DNA of 64,000 nucleotides. It comes from Alcaligenaceae bacterium (GTDB lineage Bacteria > Pseudomonadota > Gammaproteobacteria > Burkholderiales > Burkholderiaceae_B). Each line of letters starts with the position of its first letter. Position 1 is the first letter of the stretch. The notes beneath the pieces are model-generated. The model searched no databases, had not been told where the DNA came from, and saw nothing but the letters and a program-made list of their open reading frames with translations. A program made the position numbers and the translations under genes. Shown here piece after piece: positions 56,742 through 64,000 of this stretch. The stretch is taken from the NCBI GenBank assembly GCA_029263615.1, contig JAJUFT010000004.1, positions 1,499-65,498 on the forward strand, in the 5' to 3' direction.

Positions 56742-58772
56742 CTAAGCCTGTTGGATCGGAAGAGCAGGCATGTCCTTCAGCGCCGGAGCCGGTGGTAAGC
56801 CGGTGACTTCGAGAATCTGTTCTTCGTCCAGGGTTTCCTTCTCGAGCAGCGCCGCCACCAGTGCATCCAGCTCCCGCCGGTGGGCCTGCAGCAATTGCTT
56901 GGCGCGTTCATGGCTTTCACCCAGGATGCGCTGCACCTCGGCGTCGATTAGCGCGGCCGTCTGTTCGCTGACTCCCGGCCCCATACCCTGTGTCACGCCT
57001 AGAAAAGGATTTCTGCGCGGCGCCAGCTGCACCAGACCCAGCTGATCACTCATGCCCCAGCGTGTCACCATGTCGCGTGCAATCTGGGTCGCCTGCTCGA
57101 TGTCGTTCTCGGCACCGGTGGTGCGCGTGCCGTAGACGAGTTCCTCGGCGGCTCGCCCGCCCAGCATGCCGATGATGCGCGCACGCAGATAGGCTTCCGG
57201 AAAGTTGTAGCGATCGGCGGGCGGCCGCTGGTAGGTGACTCCCAGCGCTTGTCCCCGAGGCACAATTGAAACGCGATGCACCGGGTCGGCGCCGGGTACG
57301 AGCAAGGCAAGGATGGCGTGACCGCTCTCGTGATAGGCGATGCGTTCCCGGTCCGCCTGGCTGAGCACGATCGAACGCTCCGGCCCCAGCATCAGCTTTT
57401 CCAGTGCCGTCATGAAGTTTTCATCGGTCACATGGTCCTGGTTCTGGCGGGCCGCCAGAAGGGCCGCCTCATTGACCAGTGTCTTGAGATCGGCACCGGA
57501 CAGGCCGGGTGTGGCCGCTGCAATGTCCATCAGGTCGAGGCCCGGTGCCAGCGGAACCTTGCGCGTGTGCACCTTCAGAATCGCTTCACGGCCCACTTTG
57601 TCGGGCAGATTGAGCACGATGCGGCGGTCGAAACGCCCGGCTCGCAGCAGGGCCTTGTCGAGGATGTCGGGCTGGTTGGTCGCAGCGAGCACGATCACGC
57701 CTTCCTTGCCCGAGAAGCCATCCATCTCCGTGAGAATCTGATTCAGGGTCTGTTCCTGCTCGCTGGCGCCTCCGACCACGATCTGGCCGCGTGCCCGGCC
57801 GATCGAGTCGATCTCGTCGATGAAGACGATGGACGGCGCGTGCTCCCGAGCCTGCTTGAACAGGTCTCGTACCCGGGCCGCGCCCACGCCGACGATCATC
57901 TCGACGAATTCGGAACCGCTCATCGAGAAGAAGGGCACGTTCGCTTCACCGGCAACTGCCTTGGCAAGCAGGGTCTTGCCGGTTCCCGGAGCACCCACCA
58001 GCAGCACGCCTTTGGGCGCGGTTCCGCCCAGGCGGGTGTACTTCTCCGGGTTGCGCAGGAAGTCGACGATTTCCACCAGTTCGTTTTCTGCTTCGTCGAT
58101 GCCGGCCACGTCGTCAAACGTGACGCGCTGAGCCGTCTCCCGATCGTAGCGGCGCGCGCGACTCTTGCCCATGCCGAACAGGCCGCTTCCCAGCCCCCCC
58201 GTGGCCTGACGGGAGGCCCGACGAAACAGCCAGACGTAAAATCCGATGATCAACAAGGCCGGCCCGAAGCCATAGAGCATTGTGAGCCATGGGTTGGCCT
58301 CCTTGATGGGGACCGCCCGGATTTCCACTCCGTGTTCGATCAGAAACGCCTCGAACCCCGGGTCGATGAAATCGGGCAGCAGGGTCGTGAAGCGGGTGGC
58401 CCCGACGGGCGAGGCGGCCTGGTTGGACGATGGGGAGGGACTGGTCGCGGCCGCGCCGAGCGTGGGCACCTGGGTCGGACGGAGAAACTGTCCTTCGATC
58501 TGCCGGCCCTGGCTGAAGATGGACTGAACGTTGCCGTTGGCAACCTGCTGCTTGAATTCCGTGTAGGGGAGGGTGACCGCGTCGTCCGTCATGGGCGACA
58601 GCAGACGCATCAGAAAGTAGTTCATCAGCAGCAGCGCTGCAAAGACCCACCAGATGCGGCCCCGCAAGCCCGGCTGTTGATTGGGCGAACCCGGTTTACC
58701 GGCCGGGCCCGCGCCGCTTCCATCATTCCATTGTTGTTGCCGACTCTGGCCGGCACCCCATTTGTCTGTCAT
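56742..58772 (-). CDS. ftsH: ATP-dependent zinc metalloprotease FtsH (probable extra paralog)
   Basis: Two TM segments, [17 protein letters not shown] (LLRAGRFDR) and HESGH. Confidence 0.93.
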   Translation of the reverse strand: MTDKWGAGQSRQQQWNDGSGAGPAGKPGSPNQQPGLRGRIWWVFAALLLMNYFLMRLLSPMTDDAVTLPYTEFKQQVANGNVQSIFSQGRQIEGQFLRPTQVPTLGAAATSPSPSSNQAASPVGATRFTTLLPDFIDPGFEAFLIEHGVEIRAVPIKEANPWLTMLYGFGPALLIIGFYVWLFRRASRQATGGLGSGLFGMGKSRARRYDRETAQRVTFDDVAGIDEAENELVEIVDFLRNPEKYTRLGGTAPKGVLLVGAPGTGKTLLAKAVAGEANVPFFSMSGSEFVEMIVGVGAARVRDLFKQAREHAPSIVFIDEIDSIGRARGQIVVGGASEQEQTLNQILTEMDGFSGKEGVIVLAATNQPDILDKALLRAGRFDRRIVLNLPDKVGREAILKVHTRKVPLAPGLDLMDIAAATPGLSGADLKTLVNEAALLAARQNQDHVTDENFMTALEKLMLGPERSIVLSQADRERIAYHESGHAILALLVPGADPVHRVSIVPRGQALGVTYQRPPADRYNFPEAYLRARIIGMLGGRAAEELVYGTRTTGAENDIEQATQIARDMVTRWGMSDQLGLVQLAPRRNPFLGVTQGMGPGVSEQTAALIDAEVQRILGESHERAKQLLQAHRRELDALVAALLEKETLDEEQILEVTGLPPAPALKDMPALPIQQA

Positions 58773-58828
58773 GCCTTCGTACCAATGGTTGCCAATGGGT
58801 CATATGATACGCACCCGGGCGCAACTGT

Positions 58829-58999
58829 TCAGCAAGGCGAGTCAAGGAACGGGTGTGCCGCCTTGCCCAGCGTGCTGGCGAAGTCCCGAGGAGACTGGGC
58901 GGAACCCAGGGCGTGACGCAGGGCGGGGTTTTTTTCAATGAGGCGCGCGAGGGCCTGCCAGGTGTCGAGCGGGAGATTCAAAGCGGGTTGAGTGCTCAC
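58829..58999 (-). CDS. Small protein (56 aa), weak Nif11-leader-like pattern
   Basis: AAAGGAGG RBS 8 nt before a GTG start; MSTQPALNLPLDTWQALARLIEKNPALRHALGSAQSPRDFASTLGKAAHPFLDSPC. Below the ORF-track length cutoff. Confidence 0.6.
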   Translation of the reverse strand: MSTQPALNLPLDTWQALARLIEKNPALRHALGSAQSPRDFASTLGKAAHPFLDSPC

Positions 59000-59094
59000 A
59001 ACGTGATCCTCCTTTCCGGTTGAAGATTCTCGGCGTTGCCGGAGAGGGCCCAGAGCACTGCGCGGGCGATGCCTGGCGTCGCAGAGGTGGGTGA

Positions 59095-59124
59095 AGTATA
59101 GAAAGCAGGGGGGTTCGGCCTCAA
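59095..59124 (-). promoter_or_regulatory. sigma70-like promoter for the small ORF (possibly also ftsH)
   Basis: TTGAGG-N18-TATACT on the minus strand. Confidence 0.5.
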
Positions 59125-59195
59125 TAGCTCATGTGTGCTATGGGCAAGTGGGCCTATCATAGGGGGGTGAGTGAAGGGGCAACCCTCACGGTGTG

Positions 59196-60344
59196 ATGGA
59201 ACCTATGTCAGCATCTTTACCTGAACCCGTCGATCCGCAGCGCTGGTTGGAACAGATCCGAGAATGGGCGCGTGAACTGGGGTTTTCGCACGTCAGTGTG
59301 TCCGGCGTGGATCTGTCCTCTGCCGAACCGTATCTTCTGGAATGGCTGGCCGCGGGCCACCACGCTGAAATGCATTACATGGAGCGGCACGGGCTCATGC
59401 GGGCGCGGCCGGCAGAGCTGGTGCCGGGCACACTCAGCGTCATCAGCGCCCGCATGCCCTATCTGCCGGGCACGACCCTGACGCCCGGCTGGCAGGTGCG
59501 TGAGCTGGAGCGACTGAATCGGTCCGACGAAGGCGTGGTATCCCTGTATGCCCGTGGGCGCGACTATCACAAGGTGGTGCGAGGGCGCTTGAAGAAGCTC
59601 TGTGAGCGCATCACGGCCCTGATTGGCCCGTTCGGCTACCGGGTGTTCTCCGATTCTGCGCCGGTACTGGAGAAGGAACTGGCGGTTCGAAGCGGCCAGG
59701 GGTGGCGCGGCAAGCATTCCCTGGTGCTGTCCCGCGACGGCGGGTCCATATTTTTCCTGGGCGAGATATTCGTGGATGTTGCGCTCGAACCCACCGAACC
59801 GGTGAGTGCGCATTGCGGAACCTGTTCCGCCTGCATCGATGTATGCCCCACGGGCGCCATCGTTGCCCCCGGCGTGGTCGACGCCCGCCGCTGCCTGTCC
59901 TATCTCACCATCGAGCATCACGGGCCCATTCCCGAACCTTTGCGTCCCCACATGGGCAACCGGATCTTCGGTTGCGACGATTGCCAATTGATCTGCCCCT
60001 GGAACAAGTACGCCCAGGCGACCGAGCTCTCCGATTTTGCCGAACGTTCGCAACTGGTGGGCCAGTCGCTGGTAGACCTGTTTGCCTGGGATGAAGCCAC
60101 CTTTCTCAAGAATACCGAAGGCGGGCCGGTGCGCCGCATCAACCATGAGCGATGGCTGCGCAATATCGCGGTGGCGCTGGGCAATGCCCTGCGCACGGCC
60201 GGGGCGGTGCAGGCAGAGACCTTTCGCGCGGCCCTGCTGAGTCGCGCCGACCACCCCAGCGAGCTGGTCAGGGAACACGTGGCCTGGGCGCTGGCACAGC
60301 GGGATCAGGACAGCAGGTCCACACGCCCCGTTCCGAGATCGTAG
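59196..60344 (+). CDS. queG: Epoxyqueuosine reductase
   Basis: YARGRDYH, DSAPVLE, CGTCSACIDVCPT and GCDDCQLICPWN motifs. Confidence 0.94.
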   Translation: MEPMSASLPEPVDPQRWLEQIREWARELGFSHVSVSGVDLSSAEPYLLEWLAAGHHAEMHYMERHGLMRARPAELVPGTLSVISARMPYLPGTTLTPGWQVRELERLNRSDEGVVSLYARGRDYHKVVRGRLKKLCERITALIGPFGYRVFSDSAPVLEKELAVRSGQGWRGKHSLVLSRDGGSIFFLGEIFVDVALEPTEPVSAHCGTCSACIDVCPTGAIVAPGVVDARRCLSYLTIEHHGPIPEPLRPHMGNRIFGCDDCQLICPWNKYAQATELSDFAERSQLVGQSLVDLFAWDEATFLKNTEGGPVRRINHERWLRNIAVALGNALRTAGAVQAETFRAALLSRADHPSELVREHVAWALAQRDQDSRSTRPVPRS

Positions 60345-61054
60345 ATGCCGCCGATGACCTTGAGGTGGTTGTCACGCACCGCACTGCTGAGGATGGGCGT
60401 GGCCTCTGCAAGACGGGCCACGTTCTGCCGGATGTTCTCGAGCGTTGCCGCTTCGGCGAGCGTGCCAGTGTGTGAAGTGGCAGCGGCGCTGCGTACGGCC
60501 GGCAACAAGGCCGTAATGACGGTTTGAATGTGGCCCGGAAACTGGGTCTGATTTTCAAAGGAATTGACGGCCGCACTCACCGCCCCGCAGCGGGTGTGCC
60601 CCAGGACCAGAATCACCGACGCATGCAGAACGGCAACGCCATATTCCAGGCTGGCCAGAAGGTCGTTGGTGACATAGTTGCCGGCCACGCGCGTGACGAA
60701 GAGATCTCCACGTTCTTCGTCGAAGCAGAGTTCAGGGCTGACGCGGGAGTCGGCACAACTCAGAATGCACGCATACGGGTTCTGCCCCCGGACCAGCGCC
60801 GCGCGGTTTGCGGAAAAATCCCGGTCGAGCGTCTCACCCGAAATATAACGCTTGTTGCCGACCATCAGACGTTCGATGGCGTCATCCGGAGACAGGGCGT
60901 TGTCGGGTTTGGGGGGAGGTTTGGCGTAGGCGGTTCGGATGGGCCCCGGCAGGCCCAGCAGGGAGATGGCGCCCAGCTTGCCGAGCGCGGTTCGTCTGGA
61001 AGGCGAGGCTGGCGACCGGTTTGATACAACATCAATGGCACAGCGTTGGCACAT
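60305..61054 (-). CDS. Beta-carbonic anhydrase with Tat-like signal
   Basis: CADSR and HTRC zinc motifs; N-terminal SRRTALGKLG. Confidence 0.9.
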   Translation of the reverse strand: MCQRCAIDVVSNRSPASPSRRTALGKLGAISLLGLPGPIRTAYAKPPPKPDNALSPDDAIERLMVGNKRYISGETLDRDFSANRAALVRGQNPYACILSCADSRVSPELCFDEERGDLFVTRVAGNYVTNDLLASLEYGVAVLHASVILVLGHTRCGAVSAAVNSFENQTQFPGHIQTVITALLPAVRSAAATSHTGTLAEAATLENIRQNVARLAEATPILSSAVRDNHLKVIGGIYDLGTGRVDLLS

Positions 61055-61193
61055 GATGTGTCTCCTTCCACAAGGGCGAAAACCTTGGGTATGAAAATTA
61101 TAATTCGTGACATTCAGCACTGAAAGCAAAAGCTCCGCATGACGTGAGCCTGAAGGACCGGCACGGCGATTGTGAGACGTCAATCGGGGCTGC

Positions 61194-61230
61194 AAAAAAA
61201 ACGCCGTCCGGCCCGGAGGCCCAGACGGCG
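61194..61230 (-). terminator. Rho-independent terminator of the MFS-amidohydrolase unit
   Basis: CGCCGTC...GACGGCG stem with A8 on the plus strand. Confidence 0.8.
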
Positions 61231-61255
61231 CTGGCCATGCAAGGCCGGCCAGCGG

Positions 61256-62404
61256 TCATTTCAGATAGTGCTCGGCGACGGCGACCCAGTAGGCTGCGCC
61301 GATGGGCAGATTGCTCTTGTCGAAGACATACATCGGGTGATGCACGTTGGGCGTCGGGCCATTGCCGATGAAGCAATACACGGCCGGTACCTTCTGGGCA
61401 TAGAAGGCGAAGTCTTCGCTACCCATGAAGGTGGGGCCGGGCATGAAGGCGGCTTCATCACCGAAGGTTTTCCGGGCAATGTTGAAGCAGGTCTCGGTGT
61501 GAGCGGGGTCATTGTTCAGAATCGCCCCGGGAGGGCCTTCCCGAAACTCGAAACCGACGTTGTAGGCTTCGGCCGTGGCTCTGGTAATGGTACGGATCTT
61601 GTTCAGGACCATCTCGCGGGTCTCAGCGACACGGGTCCGCACGCTCAGGCGCAGAATGGCTTCCTGCGGAATGACGTTGCCGGCATCGCCGGAAATGAAG
61701 GCCCCGATGCTCACGACTGCGGCATCCATCGGTGCGACATTGCGCGAGACGATGGTCTGCAACGACATGACGAGGGCGGCGCCGGCCACGAGGGGGTCCA
61801 CGCCTTTCTCGGGCATCGACCCATGGCTGCCCACCCCGGTCAGCACGATTTCCCAGTTGTCCACCGCTGCCATGATGGGGCCGCCGGTGAAGTGCAGCGT
61901 ATTGACCGGGAGGCCGGGCATGTTGTGCATGCCGAACATGACGTCCATCGGATAACGCTCGAACAGGCCGTCGGCGATCATGGCCGGTGCACCGGCCATG
62001 ATTTCTTAGGCAGGCTGGCAGATGAGGTTGAGCGTGCCGTTGTACTGGCGGGTCTTGGCGAGATATTCGGCGGCACCCAGCAGCATCGACGTGTGGGCGT
62101 CGTGGCCGCAAGTATGCGACTTTCCGGGAACCTGGCTTTTGTAGGGCAGATCGGCCTTTTCTTCAACGGGCAGCGCATCGGTATCGGCACGCAGCCCGAT
62201 GCTGGCCTTGCCGTCGCCGACCTTCAGACGCCCGACGACGCCGGTTCTTCCGATACCGGTTTCAACTTCGTAGCCCCATTCGCGCAGTTTCCCGGCAATG
62301 TAGTCGGCCGCAAGCTGTTCTTCAAAGGCGACGGCGGGGTTCTGGTGCAGGTAGTGGAAGTGCTGCTCAATGCTTTTGAGTTCGAGGGCGGTGGATGCAT
62401 TCAT
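61256..62404 (-). pseudogene. M20D amidohydrolase (hippurate hydrolase/aminoacylase-like) interrupted by an in-frame TAA
   Basis: One continuous frame: LRADTDAL, HTCGHD, CQPA*EIMAG, GMHNMPG, GSEDF. TAA at 62008-62006. Confidence 0.85.
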
Positions 62405-62495
62405 GGTTTTCCTCCGTGAGGTGCCGGGAGCGATTTGAGTGTCCGGGCGCCCGATCGGGCGCTCGGGTGGGGGTGGGGTCATCGATGTTCGATGG

Positions 62496-63959
62496 TCAGG
62501 CTTTCTTGTGCTTCGGAATCGCTAGCATGATGGAGACGATGGCGACGACGATCATCAGGACGTTGAAGCCCAGGGCCATGATGGCGGCTTCGCGTACCGC
62601 GAGGTTGTCGGAACGACCGGCAAAGGTGATGACGCCCTCCAGCCAGGTGATGCTGCTGTTGTCGGCGCTGAAGGCCGTGAAGATGGCTGCTGAAATGGCC
62701 ACACCGAATGCGGCGCCGAGCGAAGAGGCCATCTTGTAGATGCCGGAGCCGGCACCGGCCTGCTCGGCCGGCAGATTGGCCAGGGCGGCGTCGGTGGAGG
62801 GGGTGGCATAGAAAGCCAGCCCCACACCGAACAGCGTGTAGCCGATCACGGCCGAAATCATGTAGTTGCTCAGGAGCATGTTGGCAGGCGACAGCAGGAG
62901 GATGGAAAGGCCGGTGATCAGGCAGCCCCAGATCATGGGCTTGCGTGCCCCGTACAGGCGCAGCAGCTTTTCGCCAACCCGGATGAAGGCAATGATGGCA
63001 ATGGCGTAGCCCAGAGTGAGCATGCCGGCCGCCTGAGCGGTCATGTCGCCGCCGAACTGTACCAGTTGCAGGGAAACGATCAGGGTTCCCGCCACACCGT
63101 TCAACAGAAAGTTCGAGATGGTTGCACCGGTGTACGTAGCATTCTTGAACAGGCTGAAGTCGAAGAAGGCATTGGCCGAGCGCGATTCAATGCGCAGGAA
63201 CAAGGCACCGAAGATGAGGGTGATGGCGACCAGACCCAGTACGAGCGGGCTGGTCCAGCCCAGACGGTTGCCTTGGGTGACGACCACCTGGATGGCGATC
63301 ATGGCCACCATGAAGCTCAGTACGCCGGGCAGGTCGAACTTGTAATCCTCCTGGACTTTGCGTTCGGTTTCCGGGGTACCGCGCATCATCCAGAGGCCGA
63401 GCAGACAAACGGCAATTGAGATGAAGAAGATCGAACGCCAGCCGAAGTTCTCGCTCATCAGGCCGCCGAAGAGCGAGCACAGGCCGGAGCCCCCCCACGA
63501 TCCGATCGACCACATACTGATCGCACGCTGACGACCCGCGCCGTCCCAGTACGCTTTCACCACGGCCAGGCTGGCGGGCATGATGCAGGCGGCCGACAGG
63601 CCCTGCAAGGCGCGTCCGATCAGGAGTACGGGGACACCGAAGTCACCGGTGGGGGTGAGGCCCACGAGCAAGGAGCCCAGAATATTGAGATAAAAGCCCC
63701 AGCGCACGACTTTCATGTGGCCCACGCGGTCGCCGACCCCGCCCATGACAACGATGAAAATGCCCGAGAAGAGGGCAGTGATGGCGACCGCAATGTTCAT
63801 CGTATTGGCGGTCATGCCAAGGTCCCGGCTCATGTCCGGAGCAATGTTGAGGGTGGTCTGCGCAAAGAGCCAGAAGGCAATGACCCCCATGATGATGCCA
63901 AACAGTAACTTGTCGTTACCCTGATAGGTTCTGGTACTTCCGTTGGCGACGGTTGACAT
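62496..63959 (-). CDS. 14-TM MFS transporter (DHA2; NorB/NorC-like)
   Basis: GNDKLLFGIIMGVIAFWLFAQ, GRALQGLSAACIMP, WSIGSWGGSG and GIYKMASSLG motifs. Confidence 0.88.
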   Translation of the reverse strand: MSTVANGSTRTYQGNDKLLFGIIMGVIAFWLFAQTTLNIAPDMSRDLGMTANTMNIAVAITALFSGIFIVVMGGVGDRVGHMKVVRWGFYLNILGSLLVGLTPTGDFGVPVLLIGRALQGLSAACIMPASLAVVKAYWDGAGRQRAISMWSIGSWGGSGLCSLFGGLMSENFGWRSIFFISIAVCLLGLWMMRGTPETERKVQEDYKFDLPGVLSFMVAMIAIQVVVTQGNRLGWTSPLVLGLVAITLIFGALFLRIESRSANAFFDFSLFKNATYTGATISNFLLNGVAGTLIVSLQLVQFGGDMTAQAAGMLTLGYAIAIIAFIRVGEKLLRLYGARKPMIWGCLITGLSILLLSPANMLLSNYMISAVIGYTLFGVGLAFYATPSTDAALANLPAEQAGAGSGIYKMASSLGAAFGVAISAAIFTAFSADNSSITWLEGVITFAGRSDNLAVREAAIMALGFNVLMIVVAIVSIMLAIPKHKKA

Positions 63960-64000
63960 GGTCGCGTACCCCTTTGATGGTTGGATTGAGGATTGAGTTC

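Noticed and set aside
58928-58936. In-phase A_AAA_AAC slippery heptamer in the 56-aa ORF; the -1 frame equals the ftsH frame
   Set aside because: The -1 frame hits a TGA well before the ftsH start, so no sORF-FtsH fusion is possible.

Overview
High-GC betaproteobacterial chromosome segment. Gene order and protein sequences suggest Alcaligenaceae (Bordetella/Pusillimonas-like), which is an inference. Most of the window is core genome: trxA, parE-parC, alaS, rpsP-rimM-trmD, valS, ndk-rlmN-rodZ-ispG-hisS-yfgM-bamB-der-hisC-hfq-hflXKC-hisZ-purA, and rpsU-dnaG-rpoD. Three non-core blocks are embedded in it. (1) An 8-gene chromosomal type IVb (R64/TCP/BFP-like) pilus operon at 8635-17478, with a VirB9-like/TcpQ-like lipoprotein and a single fixed PilV tip adhesin. 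(2) A siroheme/sulfite-reductase block sitting where rplS normally follows trmD. (3) An accessory stretch after rpoD with a PQQ dehydrogenase, an extra FtsH, a Tat-type carbonic anhydrase, a nonsense-disrupted M20 amidohydrolase and a NorB/NorC-like MFS. The best leads not shown in the ORF track are a 56-aa sORF with its own promoter and RBS upstream of the extra ftsH, and a candidate terminator/antiterminator RNA switch upstream of hisZ-purA. No rRNA, tRNA, CRISPR array, transposase or integrase was found. Family assignments come from motif recognition only; no database search was run.
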